Assembly: GCA_023657465.1 (NCBI GenBank)
Contig: JAGTJX010000001.1
Location: 109,090-173,089, forward strand
Length of the DNA: 64,000 bases
Source: Lysobacteraceae bacterium
Lineage (GTDB): Bacteria; Bdellovibrionota; UBA1018; JAGTJX01
Direction: 5' to 3'
Of this stretch, positions 9,655 to 18,706 are shown piece after piece. How positions within the stretch are numbered: position 1 is the first letter of the stretch; each line of letters opens with the position of its first letter. Below the pieces are notes generated by a model. That model was given only the letters and a program-made list of their open reading frames with translations. It was not told the origin of the DNA and did not search any database. A program made the position numbers and the translations under genes.

Positions 9655-9922
9655 GCTTGTTTACCTCTATTACTTCGATCAATTGAATTTCTTGTTCCTT
9701 ATTTACAATATAAATTACTCTGTAAGCCTTATTAAGCCTAACTGATCGTTGACCAAATCGAACTCCCATAAGTGGTTCATCGTGATATCCAGAAAGCTTT
9801 CTAGTTTCAAGTAATCCATCACCTTCAACTAACGACACCCACTCCTGAAAACCTTCTCTTATATAGAAAGGTATCCGCCTTAACTGTTTATCAACCCGCT
9901 TCGACCAAACTACTTTCCACAC
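9644..9922 (-). CDS. RelE/ParE-superfamily type II toxin (toxin-first, HigB-like order)
   Basis: 92 aa with KQLRRIP.., GYHDEPL, RSVRLNKAYRVIYIV..IQLIEVIEVNKHEY, matching the RelE/StbE pattern. Confidence 0.75.
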   Translation of the reverse strand: MWKVVWSKRVDKQLRRIPFYIREGFQEWVSLVEGDGLLETRKLSGYHDEPLMGVRFGQRSVRLNKAYRVIYIVNKEQEIQLIEVIEVNKHEY

Positions 9923-9938
9923 AACTCACTACCTCCAT

Positions 9939-9963
9939 ATAATACTGCTGTGAGCAGTATTAT
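9939..9963. promoter_or_regulatory. Perfect palindrome (11-bp arms, 3-nt spacer) just upstream of the toxin start; candidate TA operator
   Basis: ATAATACTGCT-GTG-AGCAGTATTAT lies 17 nt upstream of the ORF start at 9922. Confidence 0.55.
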
Positions 9964-10340
9964 TCAATTTTATTATTTGTCTGTTTTCAGACCACCTGTC
10001 TGATATCTGGACTTCGTTCATTTCATGGAATCAAACAGGTGCTTTAAAATAAACATTTCAATAATAATTGGACGTATATGAGCACAAACTATGCCAAACT
10101 ATTTGACGATGACCGTCTGTTTTTAACACCGCGTAACAGGAATACTGAAAGAAGCTCCCGTAGCCTTCTCGTGGACTAATCTTATCTTTGGTCCTTTTGT
10201 TCCACTCTTACGTAGATCGCCGAGAAAGACGGTTATTGAAACCGTTCTCTCGATTGTTACGATGGGAGTTCATTATTACTCTTCGAATATAACTCAACGC
10301 TCGAAAGTACTGACAGTGGATAACTTTAAGAAGAAGTAAT

Positions 10341-11036
10341 TTATTTTATCGAGCTTAAGCAAACTTTTTGAATAGCAGCTAGATCGGGGTCGTTTATGCT
10401 TGCAAGCGCTTCTTTTTGTTTTTTCAAAAGTTCTTTTCTAGGTTTATCTGACTCCTCGTCATAATCGCCAGTATGACCAAAATAATCGCTGACACAAAAT
10501 TTCTCTCCATGCACTTCCTTGAGCTGCCTTAAAAACTCTTTCGGATTTGCAAGCAATCCAAACCCCAATGCCTCAAAGTTTCCTTCTGCAAGAGCACCAT
10601 CAGCTATTTTTTCAATCGTAAATGCCAGCCTTAACCCTACCGCTGTTGCTGCAACTGTTTGATTGGATCTAAATTTCGATGACTCAATTTGAGCATGAAA
10701 TGCATGATAATCTCTAGTCTCACACGAACTCTGCTTCTTCATGTAAGAAGGAAGTGAACTGTTTGCTTCTTTCTCTTTTTTCTCTTCTTGATCGAGACGA
10801 TTAATCGCTTCGATCAGCGCCAAAGCTTTTGCAGGCGCACCTTTTTCATCATCGTAATCATGAAGTGCAACCAGTGCGTTCTTAGTCGCGACTACACATG
10901 GAGACTCCGTAGACGGTGGTTTTTCAGCTTGTGCTGAAGCTTGAGTGACTGGCGTGATCGGAGCTTGAAGAGTCTCTTGCTTCTCACATGCAGAAAGAAG
11001 CAGAATAAAAATAAAACTTAATATTTGTTTTCTCAA
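10341..11036 (-). CDS. Hypothetical lipoprotein
   Basis: Signal peptide with lipobox LLLSAC. It overlaps the upstream membrane-protein gene by 4 nt. Confidence 0.6.
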   Translation of the reverse strand: MRKQILSFIFILLLSACEKQETLQAPITPVTQASAQAEKPPSTESPCVVATKNALVALHDYDDEKGAPAKALALIEAINRLDQEEKKEKEANSSLPSYMKKQSSCETRDYHAFHAQIESSKFRSNQTVAATAVGLRLAFTIEKIADGALAEGNFEALGFGLLANPKEFLRQLKEVHGEKFCVSDYFGHTGDYDEESDKPRKELLKKQKEALASINDPDLAAIQKVCLSSIK

Positions 11037-12175
11037 GCGGTTGTCCTCTTCCTCAATTGATAAATCGCAATGATCGATCCAAGAACACCAATCGACTTAC
11101 CTGAAATCTTTTCAAAAAAAGCGCCGAAGGATCCAAACACTGTACTCGTCATGAAACCTGTAAGAACAATACTAGCAAGCGCAAGAATGATGATTCTTCT
11201 GTTCTTCGATCTTACTGCTGAATCAAACGCCATGAGCGCTAGTGGGAACGACAAAACATAGGTCGACTTCCAAGTCATTGGACTCACCATCAGACTCAGT
11301 CCAAGTGCTGTCATGAATCTCTCCAGATCAGAGAATCTCTTAGTATAGAGTGGGTAGAGTGCAAGCGCAGGTAGAGTCATCACAGCAGAAAGTATGAGAC
11401 TCAACTTAAAATCATTAGGAGTAATTCCAAGAATCCTAAGCTCTGCTGCTGGGAATCCATAGTTCCTAAACTCAGTAGCGAAGAACGGAGTCGTGTTTGC
11501 GTTATCAATCCACTCTTTGATGATCATGAAAGGAATTCCCGATTTAGAATAACCGGTGAGAGCAAGTGTCAGAGCGATGAATACTCCTGCGGTCACTAAA
11601 ATGTTTTTCTTATTAATACTCTTCTTAGGTAATCCAATGAGCGAGATCACTTGGAAAATCCTAGCAGAGTAGAGAAACGTAATCAGAACTGTAGCAATCG
11701 TGTCTTTCTTAGTCTTCAATCTCTCTACACAGAGAAGCAGTAGAGCGAGAAAGAGCGGTGAAACATATCCGTCCACAGAAGCGATTGCGAAGTTCCCCCA
11801 GAAGCAAATGAACGTGAGCGCAATCACCCAAGGCTTGTACTTCTGTGTGAAGCACCACTTGAAGATCACTGCGTAAGATGCAATCTGAACAAAAGTCCAT
11901 ATCCACTTCGATGTTTCGAATTTGAAGAACCCTATTGGTAGAAACAGAATAGACATCCAAGGTGAGTACTTCTGAATACTGATTCCAGGACGGTCTCCTA
12001 CTGCATAGAGCGGGTTACCATGAGCGAGATTGTATCCCGTCATCCAGTAAGCTTCTAAGTCAACTGCAGGAGCAAATGGTGTGAAGAACGAAATCCAAAT
12101 TCCAAGTATGAATAAAAAAATGAAAACGACAGTTGGGTTTTCCCAAGGTTTCTTTTGCGATGCTAGCTGTGTCAT
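11033..12175 (-). CDS. Polytopic membrane protein, GT-C type glycosyltransferase (DUF2029/GT87-like)
   Basis: About 10 predicted TM segments. The N-terminal loop VDLEAYWMTGYNLAHGNPLY resembles the D..Y...A....G.nlY motif of DUF2029 mannosyltransferases. Confidence 0.45.
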   Translation of the reverse strand: MTQLASQKKPWENPTVVFIFLFILGIWISFFTPFAPAVDLEAYWMTGYNLAHGNPLYAVGDRPGISIQKYSPWMSILFLPIGFFKFETSKWIWTFVQIASYAVIFKWCFTQKYKPWVIALTFICFWGNFAIASVDGYVSPLFLALLLLCVERLKTKKDTIATVLITFLYSARIFQVISLIGLPKKSINKKNILVTAGVFIALTLALTGYSKSGIPFMIIKEWIDNANTTPFFATEFRNYGFPAAELRILGITPNDFKLSLILSAVMTLPALALYPLYTKRFSDLERFMTALGLSLMVSPMTWKSTYVLSFPLALMAFDSAVRSKNRRIIILALASIVLTGFMTSTVFGSFGAFFEKISGKSIGVLGSIIAIYQLRKRTTA

Positions 12176-12520
12176 AAACTAGAAATAGTACAGTCATGAG
12201 ATTAGACGAACAACTGAAAATTAATCAAAGACTGCGATGAGAAGGCTCACTAAAAAGATCAATCCAAAGTCTGCCATAAAAACCTCATCTCATTTAACTA
12301 CTCATCGTTTGAGGGGGTGAGATTTAGACCATTCTAAATCCCACCCGATCAATAGAGAGAGGAGTAGTTATGAATATTGATATGAGTCTTGGGGGAAGAC
12401 ATACCAATCAGGATTCTACTAATGCAGAGACAATGCCAAGACTGGCCTACTTGAAATCATTGGTTTTTCAAGACTTGAACACGACCAAAACTGTAAACGA
12501 AATTTACACCCTAGGATTAT

Positions 12521-13495
12521 TTACTTACCCGGGTAGAAACAAGACGCGAAATGGTCATTAGACCTAGGCTCTAGAGCCGGCACTTCAACCGAGCATTTAC
12601 CCTGCGCTTTAGGGCATCTAGGGTGAAAATAACATCCTGTTGGCGGATTTAATGGAGATGGGACATCCCCCTGAAGGACGATTCGCTCCTTTTTGTAAGT
12701 AGGATCGGGGATTGGAATCGCAGATAAAAGAGCCCGTGTATAGGGGTGCTGAGGATTGAGATAGAGGTCATCCCCACGGCTGATTTCAGCGATCTTGCCG
12801 AGATACATCACTGCTACTCGGTTCGAGATGTGCTCTACAACTTTCAAATCATGAGCGATGAAGAGATAGGTAAGACCCAATTGCTTCTGAAGATCTTGAA
12901 GGAGATTAATGATCTGCGCTTGAATTGAAACATCGAGTGCAGACACAGGTTCATCACAAATAATAAACTCAGGACTCACAGCGAGTGCCCTGGCGATACA
13001 AATCCTCTGCCTCTGTCCACCAGAGAACTCGTGAGGATATCTTCCCATGGCTTCTCGTCTCAAACCCACCATATCGAGAAGATCATAAACCCGTTTACGC
13101 TTGGTTTCTCGATCTCCATAAAGACCATGGATCTCAAGTGGCTCAGTGAGAATACTCTCGATCGTCATTCTTGGATTCAGCGAAGCATAAGGATCTTGAA
13201 AAATAATCTGCATCGAACGTCTGAGTGCACGTAGCTCTCCGCTTCCGATTTTCGTAATGTCATTGCCTTTGAAGAGAATCTGACCTGCTGTGGGTTCAAT
13301 CAATCTCAAGATCGTTCTACCCAGAGTGGATTTGCCACAACCTGATTCACCAACAAGCCCTAGTGTTTCACCTTTTTTGATTGAAAATGAAACATTGGAA
13401 ACAGCCTGCACTGATCCAACCTCACGGCCAAAGAATCCGCCTTTAATGGAGTAACTCTTCACCAAGTTTTTAACTTCAAGTAGTGCTTCGCTCAT
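12521..13495 (-). CDS. Oligopeptide/dipeptide ABC transporter ATP-binding protein (OppF/DppF-like)
   Basis: Walker [10 protein letters not shown], signature FSGGQRQR, Walker B FIICDE, and C-terminal CxxxxxC oligopeptide tail. Start set to the ATG ([10 protein letters not shown]) that shares 1 nt with the upstream stop. Confidence 0.9.
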   Translation of the reverse strand: MSEALLEVKNLVKSYSIKGGFFGREVGSVQAVSNVSFSIKKGETLGLVGESGCGKSTLGRTILRLIEPTAGQILFKGNDITKIGSGELRALRRSMQIIFQDPYASLNPRMTIESILTEPLEIHGLYGDRETKRKRVYDLLDMVGLRREAMGRYPHEFSGGQRQRICIARALAVSPEFIICDEPVSALDVSIQAQIINLLQDLQKQLGLTYLFIAHDLKVVEHISNRVAVMYLGKIAEISRGDDLYLNPQHPYTRALLSAIPIPDPTYKKERIVLQGDVPSPLNPPTGCYFHPRCPKAQGKCSVEVPALEPRSNDHFASCFYPGK

Positions 13496-14481
13496 TATAG
13501 ATCCTTCACACATCTCATCAGATGAGAGGCGCTTATGTTACGAAGTTCTGGCTCCACTCCTTTGCATTCTTCACTCACATGCTTGCATCGTTCTTGAAAT
13601 CTACATCCTTGAGGAAGTTGAAGGAGGTTGGGCACAATTCCGGGAATGGCTTCTAATCTGTTTTTCTTAATTTTGCCTGTCGGATCCTGACTGAGAATCG
13701 GAATACTGCCGAGTAGCCCACGAGTGTAGGGGTGCTTGGGAGATTTGAAAATCTCATGTACTGGAGCAGATTCAATCACTCGTCCTGCGTACATCACTGC
13801 GACATCATCTGCCATCTCAGCGATGACTCCTAAATCATGAGTGATGAGAACAATCGCCATTCCTAGTTTCTTCTGAAGGTTCTTCAGTAGGTCCAATATC
13901 TGCGCTTGAATGGTTACATCGAGCGCTGTCGTAGGTTCATCTGCGATGAGAACACTTGGATTACATGAGAGCGCCATAGCAATCATCACACGCTGCCTCA
14001 TCCCACCAGAGAGTTGGTGAGGATAATCATTGATCCTCTTCTCGGGAGAAGGAATCCCTACAAGTTTCAACATCTCAATCGACTTGTCTCTGGCTTGAGT
14101 TTTGTTGAGTTTCTCGTGAAGGTGAATGCCTTCCATCAGTTGATTCCCAATTGTGAACACGGGATTGAGCGAAGTCATCGGCTCTTGGAAAATCATTGAA
14201 ATCTCTTTGCCGCGGATTTTTCTCATTTCTTCATTCGATAACTTCAGTAAGTTCTTGCCACGGTAGAGGATCTCTCCGCCTACGATTTTACCTGGAGGAG
14301 AAGCGATGAGTCTCAGTACTGAAAGCGATGTCACGCTCTTACCGCAGCCTGACTCTCCTACGATCCCTAGCGTCTTACCTGGAGAGACCTTAAGTGAGAC
14401 ATCATCAACGGCCTTCACTTCACCTTCATCAGTGAAGAAGGAAGTCTTCAGGTTTTTGATTTCTAAAATCGCGTCACTCAT
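13495..14481 (-). CDS. Oligopeptide/dipeptide ABC transporter ATP-binding protein (OppD/DppD-like)
   Basis: [29 protein letters not shown]. Confidence 0.9.
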   Translation of the reverse strand: MSDAILEIKNLKTSFFTDEGEVKAVDDVSLKVSPGKTLGIVGESGCGKSVTSLSVLRLIASPPGKIVGGEILYRGKNLLKLSNEEMRKIRGKEISMIFQEPMTSLNPVFTIGNQLMEGIHLHEKLNKTQARDKSIEMLKLVGIPSPEKRINDYPHQLSGGMRQRVMIAMALSCNPSVLIADEPTTALDVTIQAQILDLLKNLQKKLGMAIVLITHDLGVIAEMADDVAVMYAGRVIESAPVHEIFKSPKHPYTRGLLGSIPILSQDPTGKIKKNRLEAIPGIVPNLLQLPQGCRFQERCKHVSEECKGVEPELRNISASHLMRCVKDL

Positions 14482-15347
14482 GTTTTCACCTTTGGATCGA
14501 GAGCATCTCTCAGAGTATCCCCGAAAATATTAAGAGCTAAAATCAAAATAAACATTGCAAGAGTTGCCCCGGTCAGTTGCCACCAGACTTGGCGCGAAAG
14601 CTCAAGCTTAGCATCGTCAATCATCACTCCCCAGCTGGGCTGTCCTTGAACTCCTAAACCTAAATAAGAGAGAATCACCTCTGATCGTATTGCAGTTTGA
14701 AACTGCATTGTAAAATTGAGAATCACTTGGTGAAAAACGTTGGGCATAATGTGTTTGAAGATCCGAGAAGAATGAGAAGCGCCTAAACTGCTAGCTGCGA
14801 GAACGTAATCTCGCTCCTTATGCTTCATTACTTCTGCACGAATCACGCGCGCTAGCCCCACCCAAGATGTCGCGCCAATGGCGATGTAAACCGAAGTAAT
14901 CCCACGCCCCATCACATAAGCAATCGCAATCAAGAGCATGATATTGGGAATTGAAGTTAGCGTTGTATAGAACCACACAACTAAGTCATCAATCCAGCCA
15001 CCGAAGTATCCAGCCAGAGCTCCTAATGTCATTCCAATAGGAATCGCAATGATTGAAGTCATGAGTCCTACACTCATCGCAATTCTGGTTCCATGAATGA
15101 CTTTATATAGGACTGATCTACCAAAGAGATCTGTTCCGAGCCAGAGGTGATGATCTGCTAGCGAAGGAGCCTGATAACTTCCACCGACTGTCACATCCCA
15201 TGGCATAGCGATCATTCCAAACTTCGCAAGTATCGCAACTAATCCATAACCAACAATAGTGATGAAGCAGAGGAGAGCGAAGCGATCTTTTGTTATTCTG
15301 ATCCATGCATCTGACCAAAGGTTGCGACCTTTAATGAATGCACTCAT
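14478..15347 (-). CDS. Opp/Dpp-type ABC permease (OppC-like)
   Basis: Six-TM BPD-transport pattern; 4-nt overlaps with both neighbours. Confidence 0.85.
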   Translation of the reverse strand: MSAFIKGRNLWSDAWIRITKDRFALLCFITIVGYGLVAILAKFGMIAMPWDVTVGGSYQAPSLADHHLWLGTDLFGRSVLYKVIHGTRIAMSVGLMTSIIAIPIGMTLGALAGYFGGWIDDLVVWFYTTLTSIPNIMLLIAIAYVMGRGITSVYIAIGATSWVGLARVIRAEVMKHKERDYVLAASSLGASHSSRIFKHIMPNVFHQVILNFTMQFQTAIRSEVILSYLGLGVQGQPSWGVMIDDAKLELSRQVWWQLTGATLAMFILILALNIFGDTLRDALDPKVKT

Positions 15348-16279
15348 TTGAAACTCACTCTTGGATCAACAAGCGTGTAGAGAATATCTGTCGCAAGTGT
15401 CCCCAGAATAAACAAAATTGAATTCACTGTTGTCATCGCTTTAAGGACAGGAAAATCACTGCTATTGATCGCATCAATTGTCATACTTCCTAGACCTGGA
15501 ATCCCAAAAAAACTCTCTAAAAGGAATGCGCCTAATAATAAAAATGGAATCTCGATCACCACGTAAGTCACAATTGGGATCATTGAATTCTTCAACACAT
15601 GTTTAAAGTAAACTACTTTTTCTTCCAAGCCCTTGGAGCGTGCAGTACGTACATAATCTTGATTGGTCTCCTCTAAGATCGCATTCCTAAAAAACCTCAC
15701 ATCTGCTCCCATACTCACTACTAACCAAATAAACGCAGGCATCGCAACGTAGCTGAGAGCCTCTGGGAAGCCTGCTTCAAAACCTGAAATTGGAAATATT
15801 CCAAACTTGTAAGCCAGTACGTACTGACCAAACAAAATGTAAGCAAGTGACGGAGCACTCATTCCAATTACACATGAAATAAGAACGAATTTGTCGATGA
15901 ATCTTCCTCGGTAGTATGCAGAGACAAGTGCAATGAGAAGTGCCGCAATTGTAGTAATGATGAATGCAGGAATTGCAAGAATGAGAGAAGGACCTGCACC
16001 TCTTGAGATCATTTCTCCGATAGGCTGCTTGGTTGCGTAACTTCTACCATAATCGAAAGTCACAATTTGTTTTACATAATGCAAATACTGCATGGGCAGA
16101 GATTGATCTAAACCTAACTCATGCCTCAATTGTGCGATCTGTTCTGCCTTCGAATGCTTACCAACCATCTGGTATGTAGGATCACCACCTACCAAATGAA
16201 ACAAAACGAAAACGATGAGCGAGACTCCGAAGAGGATCGGGATCGTGTACAGAATTCGTTTGAGAATATAAGCAAACAT
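15344..16279 (-). CDS. Opp/Dpp-type ABC permease (OppB-like)
   Basis: MFAYILKRILYTIPILFGVSLIVF N-terminus and YVRTARSKGL block typical of OppB/DppB. Confidence 0.85.
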   Translation of the reverse strand: MFAYILKRILYTIPILFGVSLIVFVLFHLVGGDPTYQMVGKHSKAEQIAQLRHELGLDQSLPMQYLHYVKQIVTFDYGRSYATKQPIGEMISRGAGPSLILAIPAFIITTIAALLIALVSAYYRGRFIDKFVLISCVIGMSAPSLAYILFGQYVLAYKFGIFPISGFEAGFPEALSYVAMPAFIWLVVSMGADVRFFRNAILEETNQDYVRTARSKGLEEKVVYFKHVLKNSMIPIVTYVVIEIPFLLLGAFLLESFFGIPGLGSMTIDAINSSDFPVLKAMTTVNSILFILGTLATDILYTLVDPRVSFK

Positions 16280-16280
16280 T

Positions 16281-18041
16281 TTATTTTTTTAGGGCCGTAT
16301 CCACTCTCAGGTACTTCATCATTGAGTGCTCAAGCTGGTTCAACTTATAGTTTTTAGTCCAAGGCTGACTGAGCGTGAACTTAATCCTATGAACAGCCCA
16401 AATCCAAGGAGCATCATCAACCAGAATTTTAACCATCTTCTGATAGAGAGCTGTTCTTTGAGGGCCATCTGTCAGCTTAAGTGATGATTCATAAAGTTTG
16501 TCATACTCAGGATTGGAATAATTAGAATCATTGGGTCCAGGAGAAACGTTTTTGCTATAGAAGAGCTGTAAGAAGTTTTCAGCGTCTGGATAATCTGCTA
16601 CCCATGCGTAACCCCACATTTGGCCCTTCTTATTTTTCAGTGCGGCGATGAACTCAGGCCAAGTATAAGTGTTCACCTTAATCTTCACGCCTATGAGTCC
16701 AAATGATTTTTCAACGAACTCGGTGATCTGTCGGTAAGTCGAGCTTGAGAGAGTGTTGTACTCAATGACTGGAAGGCCTTCACCATTAGGGTAACCAGCT
16801 TTTTTAAGTAACTCTTTGGCTTTCTCAATATTAAACTCTCTGTAAGGATTTTTCAAAGCAGGATCATATCCTGCTAAACCAGGAGGAATCGGTCCCTGAG
16901 CTGCAATCGCGCGACCGTTATAGAAGAGATCGACAACTTGAGCAGAATTCATCGCCATACTGAGGGCTTGCCTGAGGAATTTGTTTTTAGCAAAAAGAGG
17001 ATCACTCATATTGAATGACTCGTGAGTGATATCCAGCTCAGGTTCCTTATGAAGCATGATCTTCTTCTGCTCAAATTCTGGATGGAGCTTCTTATCTGCA
17101 CCCAAAGCTTGATCGAAATTATCTTTTGGAATTCCAGAAATCTCTAGCTTACCTGTCATGAAGTTAAGCCACATAGGCTGGGGCTCTACAAACACCGTCA
17201 CAACCAAACGATCTGTCAGAGGCAGTTGTTTTCCAGCGTCGACGAGCAAACCTAACTCCTTATCACCAGGAGCTCCTTCAGATGGATAGAAGTCTTTTCT
17301 GAAAGTTGGGTTTTTATTCCAAATCAACTTGGAATTCAGATTTGATTCTTTTCTATCAAACACAAACGGTCCCGTTCCCACAGGATTTCTACGGAAGTCG
17401 TCTTTATACATCTCGACTGCCTCATGAGGAACGACGTATGCGAACGTCATCGCTAGATAATAAAGAAACTGAGAGGAAGGCTCCTTCAGTTTAATTTTAA
17501 GAGTGTATTTGTCTTCAGCTTTTAGACCTTCAACCGCTTTTGCGTAGTCGGCTTTACCAGCCTTAATTCCTTCATCTCTCCATTCATTAAGACCAACCAC
17601 TCGGCTATCAAAAATCCACCAGCCTTCAGAAAGTGTTTTGGAGTCTGCGACTCTTTTAAAAGTATAAATAAAATCTTCAGCAACAAGCTCTCTGCCTTTT
17701 CCGTTTGTTTCTTTGAAACAAGGATCGTCTTGGAAAAGAACGCCTTTTCTGATTTTGAACGTAAGTGTTTTGCGATCTTCGCTCACTGCCGGCATCGCTT
17801 CAGCTAACATTGGCACGAGTGTGTAAGGGCGTTTCAGATAATGATATTGAAGAAGGCCTTCGTAAGCTCTTGCGACTTCATCGCCAGAGTATAAGTCTCC
17901 AGCCATCGCCGGATCTAGACCCTTAATCTTCTCAAGAGTAGCGATGTGTAGTGTATTCTCTGGCTCTTTTTCTTTCTTGGATGAACATGCTGAGAGCCCA
18001 ATCAAAATGATAACCAAACAACTGACTTTCCTGAAATTCAT
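16281..18041 (-). CDS. ABC substrate-binding lipoprotein, family 5 (OppA/DppA-like)
   Basis: Lipobox LIGLSAC. About 590 aa, the usual family-5 solute-binding protein (SBP) length. Start set to the ATG at 18041, which forms an ATGA overlap with the upstream stop. Confidence 0.8.
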   Translation of the reverse strand: MNFRKVSCLVIILIGLSACSSKKEKEPENTLHIATLEKIKGLDPAMAGDLYSGDEVARAYEGLLQYHYLKRPYTLVPMLAEAMPAVSEDRKTLTFKIRKGVLFQDDPCFKETNGKGRELVAEDFIYTFKRVADSKTLSEGWWIFDSRVVGLNEWRDEGIKAGKADYAKAVEGLKAEDKYTLKIKLKEPSSQFLYYLAMTFAYVVPHEAVEMYKDDFRRNPVGTGPFVFDRKESNLNSKLIWNKNPTFRKDFYPSEGAPGDKELGLLVDAGKQLPLTDRLVVTVFVEPQPMWLNFMTGKLEISGIPKDNFDQALGADKKLHPEFEQKKIMLHKEPELDITHESFNMSDPLFAKNKFLRQALSMAMNSAQVVDLFYNGRAIAAQGPIPPGLAGYDPALKNPYREFNIEKAKELLKKAGYPNGEGLPVIEYNTLSSSTYRQITEFVEKSFGLIGVKIKVNTYTWPEFIAALKNKKGQMWGYAWVADYPDAENFLQLFYSKNVSPGPNDSNYSNPEYDKLYESSLKLTDGPQRTALYQKMVKILVDDAPWIWAVHRIKFTLSQPWTKNYKLNQLEHSMMKYLRVDTALKK

Positions 18042-18706
18042 TCGATCGTCCTTTCTTTCCACCTGATCTTAAGCTCTCCCTCTTCTGAGGCAGCCCTAAA
18101 CGATAGGGGTGTTCCATTAGATACATCAAACCGCTCAAACTCAATCTCTAATTTCTTTACGCTATCTTTTGATTCTCTCGTGAGTTTAATAATCCTCTCT
18201 CGAGTTCCCGTAGATTCTAATTCATAGATCCAAATTTCTCCTGCAAAATTCAAAGCAATCGCGCCGTGTACAGACTTTTCTCTATTGATGTGTGCCGTAG
18301 CTATCTCATCTAAGCAAGGCGGCTGACCCAAGAAAGCCTTGAACGCCCAGCTGACTGGAATCATATTCCAAGTACCTTTGCCCTTTTGATTCAGTCCAGG
18401 CCTACTATCTGAGAGCACAGAAAAGAGTTCGTCATCAATCCGAATGACAGCCTCTCTGCCCCCGACAAGGTTCGTTATCTCTAAAACGAGTTGTTTATTC
18501 GCGACACGAATAGTCGCAGGGAATTGTAGTTCTTCTTTTTTGGATTTTATTTTTGCCCAGAGTGAACCCTTAACCGATGTGAATTCCTTACCAAGCTTAC
18601 ATGCTTGTTTTAAATGCTCTCTCAGTTCTTGGTCGTTGAAGTTTTCAGTCTTTATAGTCGTAGCGCAAGAACTCATGCATAGGCACAAGCAGAGTAACCA
18701 TTTCAT
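18038..18706 (-). CDS. Hypothetical lipoprotein (possibly LolB/DUF4292-like)
   Basis: MKWLLCLCLCMSSC lipobox. It is translationally coupled on both sides (TAATG at 18706, ATGA at 18038). Confidence 0.5.
   Translation of the reverse strand: MKWLLCLCLCMSSCATTIKTENFNDQELREHLKQACKLGKEFTSVKGSLWAKIKSKKEELQFPATIRVANKQLVLEITNLVGGREAVIRIDDELFSVLSDSRPGLNQKGKGTWNMIPVSWAFKAFLGQPPCLDEIATAHINREKSVHGAIALNFAGEIWIYELESTGTRERIIKLTRESKDSVKKLEIEFERFDVSNGTPLSFRAASEEGELKIRWKERTIE

Noticed and set aside
9334-10340. I searched for a direct repeat of the tRNA-Leu 3' end that would delimit an island around the first TA module. I made the same search downstream of tRNA-Arg (55048-57320).
   Set aside because: I saw no match of 10 nt or more by eye, so no island boundaries are claimed there.
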